Assembly: GCA_035285125.1 (NCBI GenBank)
Contig: JAYKHR010000157.1
Location: 1 to 58,474 of the forward strand
Source: Candidatus Sericytochromatia bacterium
Lineage (GTDB): Bacteria > Cyanobacteriota > Sericytochromatia > S15B-MN24 > JAQBPE01
Direction: 5' to 3'
DNA: 58,474 nucleotides
A program made the position numbers and the translations under genes. The notes under the pieces are model-generated. The model did not search any database. It was not told the DNA's origin and saw only the letters and a program-made list of their open reading frames with translations. Positions 1-10,300 of the stretch are shown here, in pieces (the first letter of the stretch is position 1; each line of letters opens with the position of its first letter).

Positions 1-22
1 GGGCCGGGCGAGCGGGTATGGT

Positions 23-2911
23 GTGGGTGTGTTCCCCCGCTTCCCCCGAGCCAGCCTCACCCTCGCCCTCGCCGGGATCCTGGGCGCAGGGGCCTGCACC
101 CCGACGCCAACGGGCCGTCCTGGGCCAGCCGGTGCCGGTCGACCAGCCGGCGCCAGGTCCACAGCGTCCCCCCGGCCGAGCCCGGTAGCGCCGGTTCAGG
201 CGCTGCGGCCAGGGGCGTTGCCGGCCGGGGTGGCGACCCGGCAGGTGCCGCAGGCCGGCACCCCCATCACCCTCACGGGCGTGGTGCGGCTCTTGTCGGA
301 GACCCCGGGGAGCGTCGTCAGCAACGCCGGGGCAAGGCTCATCAGCGACGCGGGCGGTGCGCTCGTCGGAGATGCCGGCGGCTCGCTCCTGGCCAACAAC
401 GGCGCCGGGGTGGCCGCCCGGGCCTGGCGACTCCTGCAGGCCCCGCCGCAGGAAGCCGCCCTCGCGGAGGCTGGCGTGTACCTCACGGACGCGGCGGGCG
501 CCGTGATCGTGGACGAGGCGGGCCAACCCCTCGGGGCCATCTCGGACTCCCGGGGCCGTTACATCATCCGGGCGGTGCTGCCGCCCGGCAACGCCGTGCT
601 GCGGGTGCCCCTGCGCGAGGGCGGGGCCCTCGCGAGCATCCTCGTGCGGTCCGACCAGCCGCTCCGGGAGGTGCCCATCGACACGGCCGCCTCCCTGGGC
701 AGCGCCTACGTGCTCGACCAGTACGTGAAGGGACGCCAGGCGGTGCTCGACAAGCTGCCGGAGCCGGAAGCCCTCCAGCTCCGCACCGCCCTCCTCGCCG
801 CCGTGGTCGCGCTCCCGTCACGGCCGCGCTACGACGGCGCCACCCTCGTCGAAGCCACCGCCCGGCTGCGCCGCACCAGCCCCCGGGTGGACGAGGTGCT
901 CACCACCATCCGGGTGCTGCTGCTGGGCCAGGAGCGGCTGGGGGAGGGCCGGCAGGCCCTCGAGGTGCCGCTCTCCGATCCGTCGGCCCTGGTGGACGAC
1001 GGGGCCGGCGGGTTCCTGGTCACCGAGGAGCGCACGGGCCGCCTCCGACGCGTGGCAGCGGACGGCACCCTCACCACCTTGATGGACAGCCTGCAGGGTC
1101 GCATCAAGGCCAACGTGACGGCCTGCTCCGACGCCTTCCGGACGGCAGACGGCACCGTGCTCCTGGCCGGCAACCAGCCTCAAGGCCACGGCATCCAGCG
1201 CCTGTCGCCGGACGGCACGCTGACCCTTGTGGTGGGTCAGGGAGGCCGGGGCCGCTCCGAGGTCGGCAAGCCTGCCCGCGAGACGCCCGCCTGCCCCGAG
1301 AGCCTCTGGGTGGACCCGGACGGCACGATCTGGTTCGGGGAAGACGGCAAGGTGCCAGGCGGCGCCCGCGTCCTCACGGTGGGGGCGGACGGCGTGGTGA
1401 GGGAGCCCGCTGCGCCGCTGCCGAACTGGCTGGCGTCGCGAATCGTCGGCCTGGTAAGAGGCAGTGACAATGCCATGTACGCGCTGGTGGCTGAGGAGGA
1501 CGACGATCACCTCGCCCGCCTCGCGCCGGGCGCAACTTCCTGGACGCGGCTCTGCAAGACCCCGCAGGTGGGGGTGTTCGGCGATCTGGCGAACGCCCCC
1601 GACGGGGACCTGTGGGTCACGGAGGATCTGGGTGGCAGGCTCACCCGGGTGAAGCTCGACGGCACCCGCCGCGTGGTGATGGAGCGCAAGGCGGGGGCGC
1701 CCATCGTGCGCCCAGCCGACCTGCTGCCGCGCCCGGACGGGTCGCTCCTGATGATCGACGTCGGCGCCGGGGTCGTGAACCGCGTGACCCCGGCCGGCAC
1801 CGTCGAGCCGGTGGCCGGGCTGGACATCAGCCGCGGCTTCGATCCCACGCGGGGCGTGGCGCTCAACGGGCCGCAGGGGCTGGCGCTGGACGCCACCGGG
1901 CGGCTGCTCATCACGGAAGGCGGCGGCCACGCCGTGCGGATCTGGGACGGCACGACGCTGAGCAAGCTCATGGGGAACGGCCTGGGCAGGGCTGCCCCCA
2001 GCCAGCCCCTCGACTCGGCGACCCTCAACAACCCCTTCGGTCTGGTGGAGCGTCAGGGGCGGATCTTCCTGGTCGACCGGTCGAACAGGGTCCTGCGGTT
2101 GATCGACCCCACAGCGGGCGACGTGCGCGTCGTGGCAGGCGGGTTCAACGTGCTGCCCACCACGATGGCCCCAGGCATCGCCCTCGCGCCCGGTGAGACC
2201 AGCTTCCTCGACGCCTTTGGCCTCGCGGGCGCGGCGAGTGGCCCGATGTTCTGGTCGGCGGCCTATCGCCAGCAGGTCGTGCGCGTGGACGAGACTGGCA
2301 CGAGCCGCCTCCTGGCCGGGAGCGGAGAACGCGGGGACGCCGGGGACGGTGGGCCAGCGGAGACCGCCCTCCTGGACACACCCGGCGGCCTGGCGCTGAC
2401 ACCCGGCGGCGACCTCCTGGTGGCCGACCTTGGCAACATGCGGGTGCGGCGGGTGGTGGCACCCGGCGGCCCCGCGCCCCGGATCGAAGCCTTCGCGGGC
2501 CTGCCGCGCGCCCAGGCCGTGGACAGGCTGGTGGCCTCCTATGGCGGCACGGAGGAGGGCAAGCCGGCGGCAATGGCGGCCATGGCCGCCCCGGCGGCGG
2601 TCTGCCTCGACGCCGAGGGCAACGTCTACGTCTCCGAGCTCGGCACCGCCTACACCTTCGTGCTCCCGAACCTCCCCGGCGACGCGCCCCTGATCGACGT
2701 GGCAACCCTGCCGGTGGTGCCGCCCCGGATCCGGAAGATCGATCGGGAGGGACGAATCACGACCCTGGTTGGGCCAGGGGGCCAGGCCCTCACGGATCCC
2801 ACCGCGCCTGACGCGCTGGTGTTGCCGACGGCCATGATCGTGGACGCCCAGGGCCGCCTGGTGGTCGCGGACGTCGGCGCGAACGTGGTCCGGTTCTTCT
2901 CTCTGAGATAG
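23..2911 (+). CDS. Lipoprotein with short Gly/Asn-rich octapeptide repeats and NHL/beta-propeller repeats
   Basis: Signal peptide with lipobox-like LGAGA-C; repeats VVSNAGAR/LISDAGGA/LVGDAGGS/LLANNGAG; many NHL-like units (LNGPQGLALDATGRLLITE, LDTPGGLALTPGGDLLVADLGNMRVRRV, GDGGPA). Confidence 0.8.
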   Translation: MGVFPRFPRASLTLALAGILGAGACTPTPTGRPGPAGAGRPAGARSTASPRPSPVAPVQALRPGALPAGVATRQVPQAGTPITLTGVVRLLSETPGSVVSNAGARLISDAGGALVGDAGGSLLANNGAGVAARAWRLLQAPPQEAALAEAGVYLTDAAGAVIVDEAGQPLGAISDSRGRYIIRAVLPPGNAVLRVPLREGGALASILVRSDQPLREVPIDTAASLGSAYVLDQYVKGRQAVLDKLPEPEALQLRTALLAAVVALPSRPRYDGATLVEATARLRRTSPRVDEVLTTIRVLLLGQERLGEGRQALEVPLSDPSALVDDGAGGFLVTEERTGRLRRVAADGTLTTLMDSLQGRIKANVTACSDAFRTADGTVLLAGNQPQGHGIQRLSPDGTLTLVVGQGGRGRSEVGKPARETPACPESLWVDPDGTIWFGEDGKVPGGARVLTVGADGVVREPAAPLPNWLASRIVGLVRGSDNAMYALVAEEDDDHLARLAPGATSWTRLCKTPQVGVFGDLANAPDGDLWVTEDLGGRLTRVKLDGTRRVVMERKAGAPIVRPADLLPRPDGSLLMIDVGAGVVNRVTPAGTVEPVAGLDISRGFDPTRGVALNGPQGLALDATGRLLITEGGGHAVRIWDGTTLSKLMGNGLGRAAPSQPLDSATLNNPFGLVERQGRIFLVDRSNRVLRLIDPTAGDVRVVAGGFNVLPTTMAPGIALAPGETSFLDAFGLAGAASGPMFWSAAYRQQVVRVDETGTSRLLAGSGERGDAGDGGPAETALLDTPGGLALTPGGDLLVADLGNMRVRRVVAPGGPAPRIEAFAGLPRAQAVDRLVASYGGTEEGKPAAMAAMAAPAAVCLDAEGNVYVSELGTAYTFVLPNLPGDAPLIDVATLPVVPPRIRKIDREGRITTLVGPGGQALTDPTAPDALVLPTAMIVDAQGRLVVADVGANVVRFFSLR

Positions 2912-3068
2912 CCCGGGGCTCATCGCCGCCATCGGCTGAAACCGGACTTGCCGCGCGGCGAGCTGGGTGCCCGGAGCGCGCCCCCTGGGCGAAGGATGGA
3001 GCCGACAAGCAATGCCGCAACCGGGTGGCAGGACTGGCGATGGTGGCCGACCCCTATGACCGTCGCGC

Positions 3069-3713
3069 TCAGAGGGCAACGCGCCAGCCGACGCCGTAGG
3101 GCGAGGCGTAGCCGCCGCTGAGCACCAACTCCTGGTTCTGGAACAGGCGGTAGGCCAGCTCCAGGTTCGGCACCAGCCACGGCATCGCCAGCCGGCCCGC
3201 AGTGAAGCGACCGATCACCGGGCCGAACGACGCACGCAGCCAGACCCCCTCGGCAGGGCGCACGGAGACCACCACGGCGGGCTGCACCCAGGGCAGGACG
3301 TTGCTGGAAAACGCCTGCTCCGTGGGGTCTCCCAGCGGGAGATCCGGATCCACCAGGTTCACCCCCGCACTCACCATGGCGGAGACCTCCAGCGGCCAGA
3401 GGCTCCCGAGCCGCCGGAGCACGCGGGCAGCCGCCATCGTGTGGGAGTCACGCCGAAAAGGGTTGGCATGGTCGGCGCCGCCAACGAGGCCGATCGTCCA
3501 GCCCCTGCCCGCGCCATCAAGGGACCAATCGAAGGCGCCGTGGACCGTCATGTCGGACGCGCCCACGCTGAGGCAGCGCAGGCCGGGTTCAGGATCCGCG
3601 AGGGGCATGGTGGTGGCCCCTGCCGAGGGACCCCACGCGCAGAGGGCCGCGAGCCAGGCGACCAGCGCGACGCCGGGCCTCAACCTCGACGCAGGCGAAC
3701 GTGGGCTTCCCAT
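3069..3713 (-). CDS. Hypothetical exported protein, possible small outer-membrane beta-barrel
   Basis: Signal peptide (..LCAWGPSAGA), alternating hydrophobic strands, C-terminal YGVGWRVAL. Confidence 0.55.
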   Translation of the reverse strand: MGSPRSPASRLRPGVALVAWLAALCAWGPSAGATTMPLADPEPGLRCLSVGASDMTVHGAFDWSLDGAGRGWTIGLVGGADHANPFRRDSHTMAAARVLRRLGSLWPLEVSAMVSAGVNLVDPDLPLGDPTEQAFSSNVLPWVQPAVVVSVRPAEGVWLRASFGPVIGRFTAGRLAMPWLVPNLELAYRLFQNQELVLSGGYASPYGVGWRVAL

Positions 3714-4741
3714 TGCTCACGGATGTGCCACGGCATCTCGGCATAGACCTCGCCAAACATGCTGTCGAGGTCAGGCGGGGGCGCCTCACCGGCCTCGCGT
3801 GCGGCCTCGAGGAGGGCATGGTTGCAGGCCTCCCGCACCTCCTGACCGAAGGCCTCGTCCCAGTGGCCGAGCGCGGCCAACTGGCGCTCGAAGACGGCGA
3901 TGGGGTCCCGCTCTCGCCACGGTGCCACCTCGTCGTCGCTGCGGTACGCGGTGGGATCGTCCGAGGTCGAATGCGGGCCTACGCGGTAGGTCATCGCCTC
4001 GATCAGGGTCGGCCCGCCACCTGCACGAGCCTTGTCGAGCGCGCGCTTCGTGGCCCCATAGGTGTCGAGCAGATCGTTGCCATCGCAGCGCACGCCCTCG
4101 AAGCCGAAGGCCTCGGCGCGCCCCGCGATGGTCGGCGATGCGGTCTGCAGGCGCGTGGGGACGGAGATGGCCCAGCCGTTGTTCTGGCAGAAGAAGACCA
4201 CGGGGACCTTCCACACACCGGCAAAGTTGAGGGAGGTCAACACGTCTCCCGTCGAAGCCGTGCCGTCCCCGAAATAAGCGACGGCGGCGCTGCGCTCGCC
4301 CCGCAACTTGGCCGCATAAGCGGCTCCGACAGCCTGCGGCACCTGGGTGCCGACCGGGGCGCTGATGCTGACGAAGTTGATCTCCTTGAAGGAGTACTCG
4401 GGCGGCAGGTTGCGCCCTTTGGCGTTGTCGGCGGCGTTGCCGAACAGGTGGTCCATCAGCTTTCGCACCGGGATGCCCCGGACGAGGGCCACGGCGTGCT
4501 CCCGATAGGACGGGAAAATCCAGTCTTCGGGGTTGGTGGCGAGGCCGCTGCCCACGATGGCGGCCTCCTGCCCGAAGCAACCCAGCCACGAATGGATGCG
4601 GCCGGTGCGCTGGAGGGCCGTCGCGCGGTCGTGGAGCAACCGCATCATCACCATCGTGCGATAGGCGTGGTGCAGCGCGTCACGGTCCAAGCCGTGGGCG
4701 TCGACCGTCAGCGGTGAGGAGGTCACGTGCTCAGCCGTCAT
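3680..4741 (-). CDS. pdhA: 2-oxoacid (pyruvate/branched-chain) dehydrogenase E1 alpha subunit
   Basis: TPP motif YFGDG..N (GDGTASTGD...CQNNGWAIS), GQEA, PSYRE, YRVGPHSTSDDP loop. Confidence 0.9.
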   Translation of the reverse strand: MTAEHVTSSPLTVDAHGLDRDALHHAYRTMVMMRLLHDRATALQRTGRIHSWLGCFGQEAAIVGSGLATNPEDWIFPSYREHAVALVRGIPVRKLMDHLFGNAADNAKGRNLPPEYSFKEINFVSISAPVGTQVPQAVGAAYAAKLRGERSAAVAYFGDGTASTGDVLTSLNFAGVWKVPVVFFCQNNGWAISVPTRLQTASPTIAGRAEAFGFEGVRCDGNDLLDTYGATKRALDKARAGGGPTLIEAMTYRVGPHSTSDDPTAYRSDDEVAPWRERDPIAVFERQLAALGHWDEAFGQEVREACNHALLEAAREAGEAPPPDLDSMFGEVYAEMPWHIREQWEAHVRLRRG

Positions 4742-4843
4742 GGGTGAGGGCTCCTGGTGGTCGAGGGCGTTGCGACACGGGCATCCGGAGTCGCCGGTGC
4801 CATGCTAGCACGCCGCTCGGGCCGCGGCCATCGCCCAGAAAGG

Positions 4844-4987
4844 CTACGCCTCAAGATAGAAGTCTTCGGGGCCGGCCCCGCAGTCAGGGAACGGACACAG
4901 ATCGGGCGGGTGCTCACCCTCCTCGATGTAGCCGCAACGCGAGCAGACCCAGCGCTTGACCTGGGTGGCGGTCTCCTGGTCGGACAT
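4844..4987 (-). CDS. Small rubredoxin-like protein (47 aa)
   Basis: MSDQETATQVKRWVCSRCGYIEEGEHPPDLCPFPDCGAGPEDFYLEA; WVCxxCGY and CP..CG motifs; strong AAGGAGG RBS before the ATG. Confidence 0.85.
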   Translation of the reverse strand: MSDQETATQVKRWVCSRCGYIEEGEHPPDLCPFPDCGAGPEDFYLEA

Positions 4988-5055
4988 GGTTTCCTCCTTG
5001 AGGGTTGGGCCCTGGCCCAGGGCAGCATACCCCACACCATGGTGCGTCCGATCAC

Positions 5056-5084
5056 TTGCATATCGAACAGATGTTTGGTATGGT
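5056..5084 (+). promoter_or_regulatory. Sigma70-type recA promoter
   Basis: -35 TTGCAT (5056-5061), 17-bp spacer, extended -10 TGnTATGGT (hexamer 5079-5084). Confidence 0.7.
5064..5077. promoter_or_regulatory. LexA (SOS) box 1, GAAC-N4-GTTY type
   Basis: CGAACAGATGTTTG in the -35/-10 spacer upstream of recA. Confidence 0.75.
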
Positions 5085-5094
5085 GCTTTCGTGG

Positions 5095-5110
5095 TCGAAC
5101 AAACATTCGA
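5095..5110. promoter_or_regulatory. LexA (SOS) box 2
   Basis: TCGAACAAACATTCGA, one mismatch to TCGAAC-N4-GTTCGA, just downstream of the predicted transcription start. Confidence 0.7.
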
Positions 5111-5189
5111 CATCCACCAGCGAGACAAACGCTGAAAGCCGCACCTCGAGCAGGTTGCCAGCCGCAGAGACGACAAGGAGCACGCCCCC

Positions 5190-6293
5190 ATGAACAAGAC
5201 GGACTCTCTCTCCGCCCGCACCGACGCCAACCGTGACGGCGCGCTCAAGAACGCCATCTCACAGATCGAGAAGCAATTCGGCAAGGGCGCCATCATGAAG
5301 CTGGGCGATGCGGCCAAGATGCGCATCGAGGCCATCCCGACGGGGGCCCTGACGCTCGACCTCGCACTGGGGGTGGGCGGCCTTCCGAAGGGCCGCATCA
5401 TCGAGGTGTACGGTCCGGAGTCCGGTGGTAAGACCACCGTCGCGCTGCACGCCGTGGCAGAGGTCCAGAAGTGCGGTGGCATCGCCGCCTTCGTGGACGC
5501 CGAGCACGCCCTCGACCCCGCCTATGCCCGCTCCCTCGGCGTCGACATCGACAACTTGCTCGTCAGCCAGCCCGACACGGGTGAGCAGGCCTTGGAGATC
5601 ACCGAGGCACTGGTGCGCTCCGGCGCCGTGGAGCTGGTCGTGGTCGACTCCGTCGCCGCCCTCGTGCCCAAGGCCGAGATTGAGGGCGAGATGGGAGACA
5701 GCCACGTCGGCCTGCAGGCCCGGCTGATGAGCCAGGCGCTTCGCAAACTGACGGCCGCCATCGGGCGCAGCCAGTGCACCGTGATTTTCATCAACCAGAT
5801 CCGCGAGAAGATCGGCGTGATGTTCGGCAACCCCGAGACCACGACGGGTGGCCGGGCGCTGCGGTTCTACGCCAGCGTGCGGCTGGAGGTGCGGCGCGTC
5901 GAGACCCTCAAGAAGGACGGCTCGGAGATCGGCAACCGCGTCAAGGTGAAGGTCGTCAAGAACAAGGTGTCGCCGCCCTTCCGCGTCGCTGAGTTCGACA
6001 TCATGTTCGGTCGCGGCATCAACCGGATGGGCTGCATCCTGGACGTTGCCGTCGATCAGGGCATCGTGCAGAAGAGTGGGGCTTGGTTCGCCTACAGCGA
6101 CAACAAGATCGGTCAGGGGCGGGACAACACCGTGGCCTTCCTCGAGGGCAACCTGGCCATCGCCACCGAGATTGAGGGGCTGGTGCGCCGCAAGCTCGCC
6201 CTCATCCAGCAAGAGCAGACCGGCCAACTGACGGGCGCCGCGGCCCCCGAAGAAATCGAGGACGAGGAGCTGCTCGACGACGAAGAGGCTTGA
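5190..6293 (+). CDS. recA: Recombinase RecA
   Basis: [12 protein letters not shown], Walker [59 protein letters not shown]. Confidence 0.99.
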   Translation: MNKTDSLSARTDANRDGALKNAISQIEKQFGKGAIMKLGDAAKMRIEAIPTGALTLDLALGVGGLPKGRIIEVYGPESGGKTTVALHAVAEVQKCGGIAAFVDAEHALDPAYARSLGVDIDNLLVSQPDTGEQALEITEALVRSGAVELVVVDSVAALVPKAEIEGEMGDSHVGLQARLMSQALRKLTAAIGRSQCTVIFINQIREKIGVMFGNPETTTGGRALRFYASVRLEVRRVETLKKDGSEIGNRVKVKVVKNKVSPPFRVAEFDIMFGRGINRMGCILDVAVDQGIVQKSGAWFAYSDNKIGQGRDNTVAFLEGNLAIATEIEGLVRRKLALIQQEQTGQLTGAAAPEEIEDEELLDDEEA

Positions 6294-6314
6294 ACCCTCG
6301 ACGCGCGGAGCCGC

Positions 6315-6351
6315 AGCCGCCAGCCTGAGTCAGGCTGGCGGCTTTTTTCTT
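6315..6351 (+). terminator. Rho-independent terminator after recA
   Basis: 13-bp stem AGCCGCCAGCCTG/CAGGCTGGCGGCT followed by a T-tract. Confidence 0.9.
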
Positions 6352-6400
6352 GTCAGCGGTAGGTGCAGCCGTTGGGGGTGGGCCGAGGGCGAGGGGGCCA

Positions 6401-7339
6401 TCAGCGATCGCCCTGCGACGCCCACACCTGCTCGATGGCCTTGATGGCCGTGGCGGCGTGCCCACCAGCGGCCGCCAGGCTGGATGCCAGCGGGTTGCAG
6501 ACGTCTCCCGCCGCCCACACCCACGGGAGCGAGGTGCGTTGGGTGGCATCGACGCGCACGTAGCCCGCGGGATCCACGTCCAACAGCCCCGCGAACGGGC
6601 CGAGCATCGGGGCCACCCCGACCTTGACGACCACCGCCTCGACAGGAAGCCGCTCGGACCCGGCAGGACCCTCCAGCGCCAGCGCCTCCACCGAGGCGTC
6701 CCCCAGGATGGCCGCGATCCGCGTCCCGAGGCGCACCCCGATGCCGGGGTGGGCAGCCACGGCGGCCTGAAAGGCAGGGCGGCCACGGAACGCCCCTCCT
6801 CGGTGAATCAGCCAGACCCGGGGGCAGCACTCAGCCAAAATCAGGGCGTTCTCCAAGGCGGCGTCGCCCCCCCCCACGACCGCGGTGATCCGTCCCCTGA
6901 GGCTCTCGCGATCGCGCGTGGCCGAGTCGCTCACGCCAGCCCCACGAAGCCGCTCCTCCCCCGGCACCTCCAGCCGCCGGGGGCCAGCCCCCGTGGCAAG
7001 AACCAGCGCCCCAGGGGCCAACCGCTCGCCCGAGGAAAGCGTCACCTCCGCGCGGGCGACGTCGACAGCCGAAAGCGAAACGCCGAGTTCAGGGCTCAGC
7101 CCCACTTCGCCAAGCTGCTCCTCGAGCCGAGCCAGGAAGAGCCGGCCGTTCGGCGCCGTCAGGCCAGCATAGTCCGGAATGGGCCCGTGGATGCGGGCCA
7201 GCTGACCTCCCGGTGTCCGCGCGGCCTCGACCCATCGCCACGGGAGCCCGACGCGCCGGGCCCACAAGGCCGCGGAGATGCCAGCCATGCCGGCCCCGAC
7301 CACCAGCACGGCCGGTTGCCCGACGCCAACTGCCTCCAC
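6401..7339 (-). CDS. Thioredoxin-reductase-like NAD(P)/FAD oxidoreductase lacking the redox CxxC
   Basis: VVGAGMAG FAD motif, LATGA, VVGGGDAALE, IHR, TSLPWVWAAGD; GVSDSATRD where TrxB has CATCD; start moved to GTG 7339. Confidence 0.8.
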   Translation of the reverse strand: MEAVGVGQPAVLVVGAGMAGISAALWARRVGLPWRWVEAARTPGGQLARIHGPIPDYAGLTAPNGRLFLARLEEQLGEVGLSPELGVSLSAVDVARAEVTLSSGERLAPGALVLATGAGPRRLEVPGEERLRGAGVSDSATRDRESLRGRITAVVGGGDAALENALILAECCPRVWLIHRGGAFRGRPAFQAAVAAHPGIGVRLGTRIAAILGDASVEALALEGPAGSERLPVEAVVVKVGVAPMLGPFAGLLDVDPAGYVRVDATQRTSLPWVWAAGDVCNPLASSLAAAGGHAATAIKAIEQVWASQGDR

Positions 7340-7344
7340 CGGCC

Positions 7345-10300
7345 TCAGGCCCGCGCAGACGCCCCGGAAAGGATGCGGGCCCAGACGCCGCCGATGGCTT
7401 CCAGCTTGCCAAGCGCGACCTCGCTGGCCGAGACCATGTGCTGCTGGTCGAGGTAGAGCACCCCCAGCAACGTCTCTCCCTGAAGCACGGGCACCACGAA
7501 AACCGAGCGCATCCCGAGGGCCCGCACGCTGCCTCGATCCCTGAAGTCTTCCTCTTGCTGCACGTCGCAGACAAAGGTGGCCTTCCGCTGGGCAATCGCA
7601 CGTCGCGTGACGCCCTTGGTGTACATCTGCCACTCGTCCTCCAGCGGCACGCCGCCGGCGCCGTAGGCCCCATCGCAGACGAGCCGTCCGCCCCCCTCGG
7701 GCTGCCGGAGCCAGAGCAACCGCTCGGCCCCGGAGACCGCGAGCGCCTCGGCGGCCACGCAGGCGAGCCGGACCGAGAGGTCCGTCGTGTGGAGCACCTT
7801 CAGCGCAGCCTCAAGCCCGGCGGTGCTGGCCTCAGCCTGCACGACGGCAACCTCCAAGGCCTCCCGTTGGAAGACAAGGGCCCCCATCTGCCGCGCCAGC
7901 GTGCCGAGCGTGGCGAGGCGACGCGAGGAGGGTGCCCCCTGGGCGGCATTGAAGCGCACCACCAGGGCCTCGCCCCGTCTCTCGGCGATGGGGACACCAG
8001 CCAGGTGCCGCGGGGGCTGCCCCGGCACCGTGTGCTGCGCCGTCTGTCGCTCCTCGCCGGCCGTCAGCACCTCCCGGGCGAAGGCCCCGACGAACTCGTC
8101 CTGCTGGTTGCTGGCACTGCCGCTCGCCACGATGCGGACCACGGCCTCACCTTCAACCTGGACCAGGAAGGCAGCCTCAGGGTCCAGGAGCTCCGTTGCG
8201 GCGCGCACCACCTCCGTCCGTAGCGACTCGGCGTCGGCCTGGGTCGTGAGTCGGAGCAACCAGCCTGCCAGCCCACCGTCATCGCCACCCTCGTCCGGCA
8301 TCTCGGCCAGCGCCATGTCGCGGCAGGCCACCTGGACGGCCGACTCGCGGGCCAGCTCCGGGAGGCACTCCAGCCAGGCTGCGACCTGGGCACGGGCCTC
8401 CCGGGCCGCCGTCGCGTCGCCGCCTGGGAGCCGGCTCTCCACCAGCGTCGCCAGGCTGCTCAGGAGAAACGAACCACCAAGCCGAGCGCCCTCGCGGGCC
8501 GCGCTGGAGAACCTGGTGGCAGCCGGCCGGCTGCCGGAGCTCTCGGCCACGAGTGACCGCAGCAGGGCCACCTCGCCAGCGAGGAGTTGCAACCCCTCGC
8601 CCTGGGCCAGGCGGGCAGCCCGCTGAAGGTGGCGATCGGCCTGCTCGAACCAGCCCAGCCGCAGTGCCGCGGCCCCGGCCCAGTAATCCCGGTGCGCGGT
8701 CTGGCCGGGCACGGCAGGCGCGTCCGGCGCCTCCCCCGTGAGCTTCTGCAGCAGCGCCTCAGGCCGAAGCGTGGCCTCGAGCCCGAACTGAATGCGGGCC
8801 ATGCGGGCCGCCTGCTCGTCATGATCCGAGGCGTCGCCGCTGGCCTGACGCTCCGCCACGAGCGCCGCCGCCATCTCCAACTGGCCTGTCAGAAGCGCGG
8901 CCTCGGCCTGCATCGCCACGATCTGGGAGGCGAGGTAGCGGTTTTTGATCTCCCGGGCCAGGTCCAGGCCGGCCTGCAAGGCCGCCAGCCCCTCCTTCGG
9001 GTGTCCCTGAAGCACCGCGATGAGCCCCCCCAGCGCGATGGCGAAGCCCTCCGGGAAGCGCCGCCCCTGAGGCCGGGAAAGGCCCAGGGCCTTGTCGGCG
9101 TGGCGCTTGGCCGCGCCGGTGTCGCCCAACTCCAGCGCCGTGGCCGCCAGGTTGAGGTGGGCGAAGGTGGCCTCCGTCGGCAACGCCAGGCGATCGCACT
9201 GCACGAGGTACTCCTCGAACCGGGCCTTGGCGCCCACGAAGTCGCCCGCAGCCATGAGGGCATTGCCCAAATTGCTCAAGGCATCCGCCGTGTCGTAGAG
9301 GTTGCCGTCGGCGCGCGCCAGGTCGATGGCCTCCTCCATCATCGTGAACGCCTTGGGGCGCTGGTCAGGCACCTCGGTGGCCGTGATGAAGCCTGCCAAG
9401 CTGAGGATTGGGGGCAGCATCGAGGCCAGCCCCTGGCGGCGGCCCGTGGCGATGGCCCCCTCGATGTAGCCGATGGCCCGCTGCGGATCTCCACCGAAGT
9501 AGGAGATCCGCCCCAGGAAGAACTCGGCGCGCACGGCGGTGGCCCATAGCCCAGCCCCCTGCGCGAGCCCGAGGCCCACCTGCAGGGCGACGGTGGCCGG
9601 CTCGTAGCGGCCCTTTTGCTGGAGCAGCGACGCATAGGTCACGAGGTGCTCGGAGGCCGCCTGCGGGCCCTGAGCCCTGAACCGATCCAGCAAGCCCGAC
9701 TCGTAGCGCGAGATGGCGTCGTCGATGGCCCCCTCGTGCCGCAGGAGGTACACCTCGAAACCCGCCACCACGAGGCTGGCAGCCTCTTCGAGGTGCCCTT
9801 CGGCCGCCAGGGCCTTCACCAGGGGCGCAACGGCGAGGGTCGAGCCCCGCGCCAGGCAGAGCCTCGCGCAGGCGTCGACCCAGGGGAAGGCCCCCGCCGC
9901 ATCGCCCGAGGACAACTGGTGCCGGGCGATCGCCATCATGCCCGCGAGGTCCCGAGCGGCCACCCGCTCGGCGAGGCAGGCCGTGCGGATGAGGTGCGCC
10001 GCCACCGCCCGATGACCTGCGGCCCTGTCCTCGGAAGACAGCGACGAGATCAGGCGCGCGGCCTGCGCCGGGCGCACGAAGCGGTAAGAGGTGCGGCCCA
10101 CGACCAGGATGTCGGCGGCCTCGAGTTCCGCGACCCCCGCGAAGAACTTCGAGGCGTCTAGCCGGCTGATGGCCTCGAGGTCGGCGAGCGCGCCGCGTTC
10201 GCCGAGCAGGGCAGCCCGGGTGGCCAGTTCCCGGCCCGCGGCGTCGAGGCGTTGGAGCGACCAGTCCGCGAGGGCGTGCTCCCCCGGCGGCAGCACGAGG

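Noticed and set aside
818..3079. Long antisense or alternate-frame ORFs (e.g. 818-3079, 12533-14293, 17829-19784, 26733-29000, 52081-54435)
   Set aside because: Shadow ORFs typical of high-GC DNA. They overlap well-supported genes and have no recognisable motifs.
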